Origin: Octopus bimaculoides
Lineage: Eukaryota
Assembly (NCBI RefSeq): GCF_001194135.2
Contig: NC_068983.1
Coordinates: 63,789,795 to 63,853,794 of the forward strand
Direction of reading: 5' to 3'
Length of the DNA stretch: 64,000 nucleotides
Shown: one piece after another, positions 52,401-64,000 of the stretch
Layout: each line of letters opens with the position of its first letter
Numbering within the stretch: position 1 is the stretch's first letter
The notes under the pieces: model-generated
Databases searched by the model: none
What the model was told of the DNA's origin: nothing
What the model saw: the letters and a program-made list of their open reading frames with translations, nothing else
Made by a program: the position numbers and the translations under genes

Positions 52401-53760
52401 AAAAAAAAAAAACACTTGAATGACATAAATTTATTACAAGTAAAAAAAAAACCCAAATCCCTAAAAATGTCACTTACCTGCATCATATTACCCACCAAAA
52501 ATACAAACCCACTAGTCAAAAAATCCAACTTCAGGACCCGTATCTCCCTTTCGGAAGGTTCAACATATAAATTCAAATAAGGTCAAATATTCACCATAAA
52601 AATAGCTTCACTTCTGTATCGAAGAATTTACTTTATGCCCTCAGATGTGGAGGGTGACTACATAAGTCAAACTAGCTTCACCTTGAGGGACAGACTGACG
52701 GTACGCAGGGAACAGGTCCGAGACACAACGACCAGGAAAATTCCCGTAAACAATCACTTGGAGACATAAATCCGAAATATCAGATTTTTTCTGTCTGTCT
52801 GTCTGTCTGTCTGTGTGTGTGTCTCTCTTACCGGAAACACTTCAGCACAATTCTGATTTCATATGGAAAGCATACTCATTAAAAAAGCCAAACCGCAACT
52901 AAATATCCTATAATAATACACTAGAAAGGGAAAACCCAATTTTTCCACGAAAATCGGCAACAGACAGCAAATACAATTCGAGAATTTTAAGTAACAGGCT
53001 CCCCTAGAGACTCGAGAACCCAACTCCAAATTACTACACAATAACACTATATTTTTTCTCAAAACACCAGTTGTTAACGTCACCTCTAACAAAACCAATG
53101 AAACTTCCCTCTGGTCAGAAACGGACCCTGAGAAAAGGAAAAAACTAACAGTTATATCTTAAGGGAACCAACCAACCGGAAGAGTGGATGACACTCAGGC
53201 AAAAACAAATTACTGCGTCGCTACAAGGAATTCTACCGAGCAGAACGCTGAACTTTACGAAGACAAAACTATTTTGTCCAAAACGGAAAATATTTTTGAT
53301 CAAAATAAAGTTACATCACGAAATCTGCAACCAATCATAACTTGTCTCTTCACTGTGGTCGACACCTGCAAGTCAAGCAAACAAAGAACTAAATTCGGCC
53401 AAGACAAAAATAATTTTTGACTAAAACGTCCACAACGAAAGAATAAGACGTCATTAGAATATTTGCATAAACAACATACATAAAGTAAAAGATTGAACTC
53501 CATATATATCCAATTCCAACAAGCCGTGACCAGTGCACTGAAAGTGAAACTGAAATAAATAACTACACGCACCACGACAACAATCGTAAAAAGAAAATCA
53601 TTTATTCTTTCTCTCCACCTTGCCCGATTTTTACTTTGTAAATTCTAACTCACCTAAACCTCCCACTTTTATATATCTTTGTACCATTGATAATCAAAAG
53701 CCTGTCGAACCTAGCTTGCTAGGTGAATAAATTTATTTACAAACGACTACACGTATTACA
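49500..53760 (+). mobile_element. Near full-length decayed Penelope-like element (RT, GIY-YIG endonuclease, pLTR)
   Basis: IEEADKRSGV, RLIVAGPSCETHRISNFIDVLLK...FIRDDLIFL...LLVSFDVISLYTSIPHEYGIEA (PLE RT), LPFLDILI, and GIY-YIG region ...LCPQMWRVTT / YISQTSFTL; many stops. Confidence 0.88.
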
Positions 53761-54417
53761 GATTCAGGTGTATTTTCACAAACCAAAACAGATTCTCCCA
53801 TATATATATATATGTAACACTACAAAGTTCATACAAAGCTTTATACTTTAAATATATTTTATCATCAAAGAATGTATATATACATTTTAATACTCAGACT
53901 GTTTTTTAACATTTTTTATTATTCTCAAAGACTTTTGATAATCTTTTTCTAAAAAGTGAAACCGGTTAAGTAAATAAATATTTTTAAAAAATAAGTGCAT
54001 TTTCAAACTTTCTTTCATATATATATATATATATATACTTTATCCATTCTCTTGTCAAAGAAAATATTTCTCCAGCGTTCACTATGTTACCCTCGTTCTG
54101 GACTAACGACCCTCCATGTTTGTTTTCGTTCGGTTTCCTTGTATGTCTCCGCTGTCCTGTTTTTGTTCCCAAGTTTGACCCTCCATAAATCCAAAATTTT
54201 ATTTTGGTACTTACGGGAGCAACTGTCTTCGAGGACTCATATTGTCGTTCAATGCTTGAAATGAGGAGTAGACAGACAGCTGACAACTGATGAAGGGTCA
54301 TATTTCATGTTACTTGTCCTGTTTCCAGTTGTTTCTCTCGTTGTTTGGGTATTGACCTCTTTTGTTTTCATATTTCATGTTGTTTACTGTTGGTGATGTC
54401 CTGCACCCATATATGCA

Positions 54418-54503
<86 letters not shown>

Positions 54504-54544
54504 TGTGTGTATGTGTGTGTGTGTGTGTGTGAGTATGCATATAT

Positions 54545-54754
54545 ATATATATTCTTTTCTTTTATTACTTGTTTCAGTCAGTTGGCTTCGGTCATGCTGA
54601 AGCACCGCATTTAGTCGAAGAAATCAACTTCAGGACTTATTCTTTGTAAGCTTAGTACTTGTTCTATCGGTCTCTTTTGCCGAACATCTACTTACAGGGA
54701 CGTAAACACACCAACGTCGGTTGTCAAGCAATGATGTGTGAAGAAACACACACG

Positions 54755-54809
<55 letters not shown>

Positions 54810-54985
54810 ATATATATATATATATATATATATACGAAGAGCTTCTTTCAGTTTCCGCCTACCATACGTAGTCATAGGACCTGAGGCTATAGTTGAAGAC
54901 AGTTACCTAAGGTGCCACGCTGCAGGACTGTACCAAGAACCATGTGGTTGGAAAGCAAACATTTTACATCACAGCCACTACGCTT
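54545..54985 (-). mobile_element. CORE-like SINE with internal (GT)n/(AT)n tract
   Basis: Paralog of 36330-36740. Confidence 0.75.
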
Positions 54986-57579
54986 TCATCAAAGTCTCCG
55001 AATGTGTCTTAGTTACCATGAGACGTTCTAAATCCACTCTCTGAAATTGATACATGTTTGAAAGCAAGAGCAAAAACTTTACTGGCCGGAACGTTTCTCT
55101 TTAATGTGCGTGATTCATTTATGCTGTCAGTGTTCTTTCTAAAGATATAATTATCATGAATCAAATCCACTTGCACTACCATACATATTTACAGAAATAC
55201 CGCTTTTTTCTTGTTTACAAATTGTTAAACAAAACATACAGATATTTAAAGTCTCAGGTTTCTCGCATGCAAGATAAAATTTAAAACTTTTTTTATCGTT
55301 TATTTTCAGAGAACTATAATACAATGGACTAAAAAAAGAAAAGAAAGCATGTCTGTGTGTTCATTTGATGAATATTTCAGCGGTGAGATGATACTATTTT
55401 CAGAAAACATTGACTATTGCCTTAAAAAAATATTTCTTCAGTTTTCTGTTTCCGAGTTATTATCTGTTCTAACGCTTGCTTTTGTTTTTTGTCTTATGTT
55501 ATCTTTGCTTTCTTCTATGTATTTTATGACATTTACTTCAAGTAAACTGTATTTAATTATCACCACTGTCTGCTGTAAAATATTTTCACATTCTAAAGCA
55601 AGCATTTGGTAATTATTTATCTAATGAGAAACACAAATTATTACGCAGCGGCGACTAGCTAGCGTCTACAGATGTGACAAAGAACTTCCCGAATGAAAAT
55701 GTATTAGTGCAAGAGAGAACTATACTAAGTGAAAGACATATAAAATAGAAGAGTGAGTTAGAAGAGCTGTTAAAGCTAGCTGTGCTATTCTTATGCAAAA
55801 ACAAAAACAATAAAATGTTGGCTATACAAATGTGCGTTAATTATTTATATCAACACACCTGCGACAATAATAGGTACAAATGATATGACTTGCCCTTATG
55901 TCTGTGGTATACGTTTTCAAAAAATCTAACTTAGATTCAGTAGTGTTTTGAAAATCATTTCAGACCAGACAGAGGAACTGCTTGTATATTCGATACAATG
56001 AAGAAACTTCTCTGTGATCATTGAACTTAAGAGTAGCAAACCTCAGCTAAAACTATTGATGTGGTCACGGAAGAGTGTATATACGTTGTTGGCTTCTCGA
56101 ACGGCCACGTTGACTTTCGAGGTGTTTGAACTAATTGGTTAAAAATGTAGGTTCATGCAAAGACACATTATAAAGGTTTCTCCGTTCTTTTTTCCTCATT
56201 CATTATTCTACTACAATTTATGGACATATAAATTTCATCGGGAAGTTTCAAATTCCTTTGTCCTTAGTTATTTTTTAAGTGATAGACTCACTTATTTTTT
56301 TTCAGCCCAAAGTTATTAAATGATCGAAATATTTTATGATCAAAACGTTGTACCCTATTTTTGGGATGGTGAAAACAACATTTTGATATCATTAGCTCAG
56401 TTGTTTCTAATTATATGAGACGCATTTATGAAAAATGCTTAATTTTAGCTATTTGAAGAATTACAACAAACACACTTTTGACCACTGTTAGCAAATCATT
56501 TGTACATGTTCAAAAACTGAACACTCATACATTGTCTTCAATGTGTAATTGCATCATAAGCATAGATAGATAGTTAGATGAATATCAGACAGATAAACAG
56601 GTAATTAGGTGGGGATTCATGGTTCAGTCTTGCACAACTACAAGTTATATATGCTTACAAAGGTGAATGTGTAGGTAATTCACTAATATTTTTCAATGGA
56701 GGCGATCTGATGATAGAATTTGATGCTATTGTCAGCTACATTACAGACATCGAAATTATCAGCAAACTATCAAATCACTTCATCTTGCCTGTATATTTAC
56801 ACCTTGCTTCTTTTATCAGCGTGTGATTTCTGTCACTACCTTACTATGCCTGACTGTGTATTTTCTCAGCTTTTTATCTCTCACCTATAGAACTTCTGAC
56901 AGAGTGATACGCAAACTGAGAAAGACAAAAAGGGTAGGATATATGTATTTATCTATATACACACATACATACACTTGTACACATACACGAGAACATGTAT
57001 AGTCGAAAATGAATCATATTTATTAACATTGACATATAAATATCAACACAATTAGAGACGTATAAGTACGATGTTCGTGGATGCCATTATGTGTATATAT
57101 GGTATATATATATAAATATAAATAAATAAATAGATATATGTATGTATGTATACATATGTGTGTGTGGAGGGGGTCTGCAAGTGTATGTATGTATACAAGT
57201 ATACATATGTGCATATCTGAATATCCTTCCTTGTACGTGGTTTATAACAAGTATGATAAAATGTACTCAACATGTAGGATAGATTTTAATTACTTGTATA
57301 TTTATTGCCGTGTCAGAATATTTACTTTCACCCGTTTTGCATAGATTTTCTCAGGAATCTTGAATAGCTGTCAACCATCTTTTTAAAACCAAACATATTT
57401 CGACTTGTATTTGTACTTATTTGTACTTATTCCTTGCGTTAAAACAGGAGTACTCAACCGGTGTCCATATGGCTCTTGGGAGTCCATATAAGATTTTCTT
57501 GTTAAAATATATATGCAATAAATTGCTTATTCATCTACAGGATACAAAATTTTAGCTTTTGTTTTTATACAATTCATAA

Positions 57580-57935
57580 CAAAAGCAGTCAGAGGGTGCA
57601 AACCTCAGGCAAGACAACACCAAGGTCTTCTCAGCAATTAGCTGGAGATGATTTTTAAAATGAGAATATCTGGAAGAAACTCGATTGATTTCACAAACGA
57701 GAATACTAAAAATAAACCCCACAATGGACCATTTCAGACGTCACAGAGTCATCACAGGAAGCGAGACAGCGAAGTGGAGTTCCTCCTGTCCAGGCATCTG
57801 AGCGGGTGCCCGTGCTGTGAATATCTTCCCTTGAAATCATTGGCTGCCAAACTCGTATTTTGCCTTGTGGTGCCATCGGATGGTGTAAGGTCGGTGGCTC
57901 TGTAGACTACAGCCCTTGAGAAGAAGGATCCTGCC
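57580..57935 (-). mobile_element. Penelope-like GIY-YIG C-terminal fragment
   Basis: NDFKGRYSQH....RRNSTSLSRFL...LKWSIV...IAEK resembles the FK.RY.NH...T.LS...W.I...C.LC..EK signature. Confidence 0.45.
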
Positions 57936-57960
57936 ACACACACACACACATAAACAAACA

Positions 57961-58001
<41 letters not shown>

Positions 58002-58133
58002 ACACACAAACAAATTCACACACACATATGCATTTGTACATTTGTACATATGTACATACACACACAAGCACTTATATGTACAAAAACGCTGACAAAGAGA
58101 GAGAGGAAGGGGAAGATAAGTAATTAAATAGAT

Positions 58134-58173
<40 letters not shown>

Positions 58174-59037
58174 CAAAGAGATTCACCCATGAGTATCTCT
58201 AGAAATGACATATTTGTTTATGAGAATATAATTAAATAATATAAGAAATAATACTAAACAATTTATTTAGACTTCAATTCTGTTTCACCGTTTTCTTCGT
58301 AGTATGTTAAAATACGACTGATACAATAATATTTCGTTACAACATTAAATGTATAATATGTTCTGATTCTAATCTGTATGCTGGAATCCGCATTAAATAA
58401 TGTAATATGTAATTAGATGGAAGTGATATCTGCTTTCCCCATCCATAGTAACTGAATTAAGAACTAATATTCTGAAAAAAATCAAATTATTAAATGTACT
58501 GATTTGACAAGTTATGAATAACGTCGTGTTACATATGATTCGGTGTAATTTATGTGTGTGTGTGTGTGTGCGTGTGTGTTTGTATGTGCGTGCGTTTATG
58601 TTTGCACATATACATATAGATAAATATAAATATATGCATATTTGTGTGTGTAGATGTACTTTGTTATACATGTATATGCAAACATCAAAAAGACGCCCGC
58701 GGGTACACACACACACACAAACGCACACACACACATATACACACACACATACACGCACGCTCATAGCTATATACTCGTCCGTTTCTTTTAATAATACGCA
58801 TTAGAGTTTGTCTCAGTAGTGAGACGGTTTCAATAAAACAACAAAATGTTTACATTTGAATCATGTATTCAATGTTTAAATTCCATGTAGCCTACTTCGG
58901 TTAGACAAAATTGAATGAAAATAAAACGTATAGGTTCTGTAAGCGTACACTCACTCACACATACATACATACAGACAGACAGACAGACACACGCACACAT
59001 ACACATGTACATGTATATATATGTGTGTGTGTGTGTA

Positions 59038-59080
<43 letters not shown>

Positions 59081-59154
59081 TAATAAATATCAGGAGATAA
59101 GCGATTTANNNNNNNNNNTTATTATAGTGTGTCGTTAGCCGTACTGTTAATATC

Positions 59155-59188
<34 letters not shown>

Positions 59189-59843
59189 TGTGTGTGTGTG
59201 TGTGTGTGTATGTATATACGTATCAATATATGTATGTATTTCTTAAGAAGCTGAAGGTGATGATATACTTGTTATGCAATGAGCTCTATTCAACGTAACT
59301 AATCATCAGGCTACGATTACTTTAATGAAGATTACATTGTTGCAAGGAATTTCTAAGCCAGCCATAACACAATAATGAGTTAAACTGAATAGGAAAGCCA
59401 TAAGTGAGAATTAAAAATTAAAGATATGAAATATAAGATTTTAAAAAAATGTAAGAATGTAAGGTTTTAGAACCAATTAGAGAAATAGCAAACAATGAGA
59501 GGCAGAATATAGAAGTATGGGAGTGGTTTACAATTCATAAGTTTGAAGAAAAGGTGAAAAAGACGGAAGAGAGAAGAAAAAGGATCGTTATCGCTGTGGG
59601 AAATGTTTTGTGGAAGTAAAATTCTATTCAAGAGATATGACGACACATTTTAGCGAACTGCTAGAATGTTGTCGACCAAATTGATATGGGTAATGGGATG
59701 GCGAAGATGGAGTCATTCGTTTCGATAGAACAAAAAAAAAAAAACCCCACTACACAGACATGCCTCCTATATCTGCAATAAGTTCACCCCGCCATACACA
59801 TACGTGCACACACATTCGCTAACCCACTTACACACTCATGCAC

Positions 59844-59879
<36 letters not shown>

Positions 59880-61566
59880 ACACGCACACACANNNNNNNN
59901 NNNNNNNNNNNNNNNNNNNNNNNNNNNNNNNNNNNNNNNNNNNNNNNNNNNNNNNNNNNNNNNNNNNNNNNNNNNNNNNNNNNNNNNNNNNNNNNNNNNN
60001 NNNNNNNNNNNNNNNNNNNNNNNNNNNNNNNNNNNNNNNNNNNNNNNNNNNNNNNNNNNNNNNNNNNNNNNNNNNNNNNNNNNNNNNNNNNNNNNNNNNN
60101 NNNNNNNNNNNNNNNNNNNNNNNNNNNNNNNNNNNNNNNNNNNNNNNNNNNNNNNNNNNNNNNNNNNNNNNNNNNNNNNNNNNNNNNNNNNNNNNNNNNN
60201 NNNNNNNNNNNNNNNNNNNNNNNNNNNNNNNNNNNNNNNNNNNNNNNNNNNNNNNNNNNNNNNNNNNNNNNNNNNNNNNNNNNNNNNNNNNNNNNNNNNN
60301 NNNNNNNNNNNNNNNNNNNNNNNNNNNNNNNNNNNNNNNNNNNNNNNNNNNNNNNNNNNNNNNNNNNNNNNNNNNNNNNNNNNNNNNNNNNNNNNNNNNN
60401 NNNNNNNNNNNNNNNNNNNNNNNNNNNNNNNNNNNNNNNNNNNNNNNNNNNNNNNNNNNNNNNNNNNNNNNNNNNNNNNNNNNNNNNNNNNNNNNNNNNN
60501 NNNNNNNNNNNNNNNNNNNNNNNNNNNNNNNNNNNNNNNNNNNNNNNNNNNNNNNNNNNNNNNNNNNNNNNNNNNNNNNNNNNNNNNNNNNNNNNNNNNN
60601 NNNNNNNNNNNNNNNNNNNNNNNNNNNNNNNNNNNNNNNNNNNNNNNNNNNNNNNNNNNNNNNNNNNNNNNNNNNNNNNNNNNNNNNNNNNNNNNNNNNN
60701 NNNNNNNNNNNNNNNNNNNNNNNNNNNNNNNNNNNNNNNNNNNNNNNNNNNNNNNNNNNNNNNNNNNNACGAAGGGAAATAGCCCTGAAACTCGAGTCGC
60801 CTTTATATATATATATTTATATTTATATATTTATATATTTGATCCTTTATATTGAACACTCAATATTTCATCTACATTCAATACTTTATTTCATGGTGCC
60901 ATCCATTTTTATTTTATTTTATTTTATATTATATGTTATATTATATATTGTATATTATATTATATATTGTATATTCCATATTCTATACCGCACATTAGTT
61001 CTGCAGGAATATAAATAAAACATAAAAAACAGACAGTGTTGGAACTCTTTTAAGCAAAATAATATATATATATATATATATGTGTATATATGTATATATA
61101 TATAGAGAGATATACATGTACATATATTACATGGAAAAACGCGATCATGAATAGTAATATTCTGAAGATTATAAACCTGGAAAAGTACAGGACAAGTTAT
61201 TACACCTGAAAAAATATGGAATAGGCTGTTACTTCTAGTAATGTATAGAATAAGAAACTGTTTACTTGAAATATTGCAGCAACGAATGCCAGTTTTTCTA
61301 ATTTATCACTCTTTATAATTCTCATCTTTTAAATTTATTGTACAAAATTTAATGTTGAAAAAAGAGCCGTGTTGGACGTTTTTTGGATAGTGTGATCTTT
61401 GGAATATTTTTGAATTTCGTCTGTGTTTTTGTGCTGTAAAACTTTAATTGTTAAATTTTGAAAGAAAGAGAAGAAATCTCTTTGTCACAGTTGGTGAAAC
61501 CAGTAACGGTTTCCCCGTGTAGGGAGGCCTGCACGATGGCCGAAGCAGGAAGAGTCAGTCCTACAC

Positions 61567-62497
61567 ATGAAATGGAAAAAAATATGTGAAGAACAGTTGA
61601 TGGAAAAAGAATGGCCAGCATTGGCGAAAAAGAATAATAACGAAGCAGGAAGTCAGAAAATAGTAAAGGACAAGGAAGAATCAGGGAAAAGGATCGATTT
61701 TGCAGCAGTCGCTGGCGACAGGCAAAGAACGGTCAACGTCGGTAATACCGAGAGGCATAAGCATATGATGAAGAGGGAAGGTCATGGTGTTATTGCAACC
61801 CCTACCCAAAGTTTAATAGAAAGAACACAGAAACAAACGATAATATTTAAAACATATAGTAAAAAATGAAAAAAAAATGAATACGTATCGGAGGCTGAGA
61901 TCGAAAAATGCCTAAAAGCGTTATTTAAAAAAATTACATACATAACCAGAGGCAAGCGCTATGCTACGGTAGAGGTGAGAATGGAGTCAGAGGAAGCTGC
62001 CCGACTCCATTCTGTGGAGCCTCTGGAAACAGAAAATGTGCTTCTCCTACCACTGTCCATGAAATCACAAATAACAATTGGAAAAAATCCCCCTGAAGTT
62101 GACCCAGAGTGGTTAGTCGCTGCAACGACAATGGGTATGGAAGATAAGATCGCAATTCTAGACGCAATTGTGACTGAACCAAAACTGAGATTCGGCCAGG
62201 CTCTAAAAATGACTATTCAAGCAGAACAGGCCACACTGGAAGAAATAATTGAAAGCTTTGAGGTTGGTGGCACAAGACTAGTCGTGTCAGTGGATGGCCG
62301 CAAACCTCGTTGCTTCCAGTGTGGCAAGAAGGGTCACCTCAGGGTGAACTGCAACTAGAAGACGGAAGATGGAAAGACTAACCAGGAGGATACAGAAGGA
62401 AAAAAGAAGGAAACTGGAGAAAAAGGGAAGAAAAATGGAGAAAAAAGGAAGGAAACAGAAAGGAAGGAAACAGAAGAAGAGGAAAAAAATCCAGAGA
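61567..62497 (+). pseudogene. ORF1 (gag-like) of the Tx1-like LINE
   Basis: GRKPRCFQCGKKGHLRVNC is a CX2CX4HX4C knuckle. One frameshift in the A-run near 61862-61878 and a TAG at 62356-62358 before a K/E-rich tail; the end lies in an N gap. Confidence 0.8.
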
Positions 62498-62721
62498 NNN
62501 NNNNNNNNNNNNNNNNNNNNNNNNNNNNNNNNNNNNNNNNNNNNNNNNNNNNNNNNNNNNNNNNNNNNNNNNNNNNNNNNNNNNNNNNNNNNNNNNNNNN
62601 NNNNNNNNNNNNNNNNNNNNNNNNNNNNNNNNNNNNNNNNNNNNNNNNNNNNNNNNNNNNNNNNNNNNNNNNNNNNNNNNNNNNNNNNNNNNNNNNNNNN
62701 NNNNNNNNNNNNNNNNNNNNN

Positions 62722-64000
62722 AAATGACATCAGGTCGCGAAATTTAGATGTGATTGCTGCCACAGAAGCCCGGATAAGCAGGCCAAGAGATCTGCTCCCC
62801 CTCTTGAACGGCTACGAGAGATACGTCTCTCCATGTCGGCCGGGAGGTGGGGGTGGGGTGTTGGTCTTAATAAAAGGAGACCGGGTTCCTGAGGTAAAGT
62901 CTATTTTTATTGATCCTGGAGGCAAGCTGGTCGTCCTGGATTTGACATTTAGTTGTGGTAAGACAGTCAGGTTGGTCGCAATTTATGCACCCAATACAAG
63001 TGGTTTACAGAATCAATATTTCCGTGACCTCGGGAAATTCCTTGCGACATCACATTCTTTAGTCGTGTTAGGTGACTTCAACGCAATTGACGATGCGCGT
63101 GTTGATTGTGTTGGCTCGCAGACAGATAGAACAGCGAATCCTGGCTTTCGGGACCTGCTCTGCCACTTTCAGCTGGTAGACCCGTATAGACTGGAACACC
63201 CAAAAGCTCCACTGTGGACGTGATCAAATAGCGATGGGTCTTCCAGGTCTTATTTAGATAGGATATTGATAAGAAAAGTAGATAAAGATATAGTTAGGTG
63301 TCCACAATTTTACCCAGTCAGCTATAGTGACCACAAGATGGTCACAAACAAGCTGACTGTAGATAAGATGTATAGACAGGGATCTGGCTGCTGGAAACTC
63401 AACAAGTCCCTCTTGGAGAATGAGGAGTACAGAAAGCGGATCAAGCTAATAATTCAAAGGGCGTTAACAGGTACCATCATTAATAATAAATGGTGGTACG
63501 CCCTTAAGCAAGCTATAAAATATGAGTCGATTAGATTTAGTATAGGCATAGCTAAGAAGGAACGTAGAATAGGCGATGGTCTAGTTAAGGAGTTAGAGAA
63601 AGCCACGGAGAATGGTAATGCGGACCAAGTGAAGGCCAAGAGACTGGAACTAAACCAGCACCTCGAAAGCCAACACATGGGAAGCATTATCAGAGCAAAA
63701 ATTCGTGCAATGGGTTGCGAAGGAATCAAAGCTGCCGGATGGGCCCGAGTGGTGGAAGCTCAACGGGGTAATAACTTCATTATTCGGTCTGTGGTGAACC
63801 TTCAGGACGTATTGGTAAACGAACCCGAGGAGATGTGTGAGGCCTTTCAGGAGCACTTCGCCAAGCTTTTCGGGGGTGATGGTGAGCCGCGTGGTGGGGA
63901 AGACCTTGAGAACCTCCTTGCCGGGCTGCCACGCCTCTCGGGGCCGAATGCGGAGGCTTGTGAGGGGCCGATCACGATTGGGGAGATAATCGAGGCGTTG
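62722..64000 (+). pseudogene. ORF2 N-terminal part (AP endonuclease and linker) of the Tx1-like LINE
   Basis: DVIAATE..GGGVLVLI..RLVAIYAPN..VVLGDFNAI..WT*SNSDGSSRSYLDRIL..SDHKMV..WKLNKSLL; open to the window end except one TGA (likely from TGG) at 63221-63223. Confidence 0.88.

Larger units (their letters stand above)
61480..64000 (+). mobile_element. Young L1/Tx1-like LINE (5' end approximate; runs off the window)
   Basis: ORF1 with a CCHC knuckle and ORF2 with an AP endonuclease domain; only three lesions visible. Confidence 0.9.

Overview
AT-rich, microsatellite-dense animal genomic DNA with many N gaps, nearly all flanked by dinucleotide repeats, which points to a short-read assembly. 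The tRNA-derived SINE families resemble those I know from octopus, so a coleoid cephalopod origin is inferred, not proven. Most of the window is transposon debris: the 3' end of an R4/Dong-type RLE retrotransposon, several L1/Tx1-like LINEs (one young and nearly intact at the right edge), RTE fragments, mariner/Tc1 remnants, Penelope-like elements with inverted pLTRs and decayed minimal hammerhead motifs, and clustered SINEs. Almost all listed ORFs are artefacts of microsatellites, gaps or antisense TE sequence. Found by manual reading: (i) a phase-compatible chain of four small plus-strand exons (18385-31587) that may be an unannotated host gene, with one exon acceptor and the last exon altered by short tandem duplications; (ii) a TIR-bounded element carrying a tRNA-Thr-like gene, folded back into a ~190-bp near-perfect hairpin and flanked by a 13-bp direct repeat; (iii) several other long inverted repeats. 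No prokaryotic-type system or CRISPR array is present. All identities are by-eye estimates and no searches were run.
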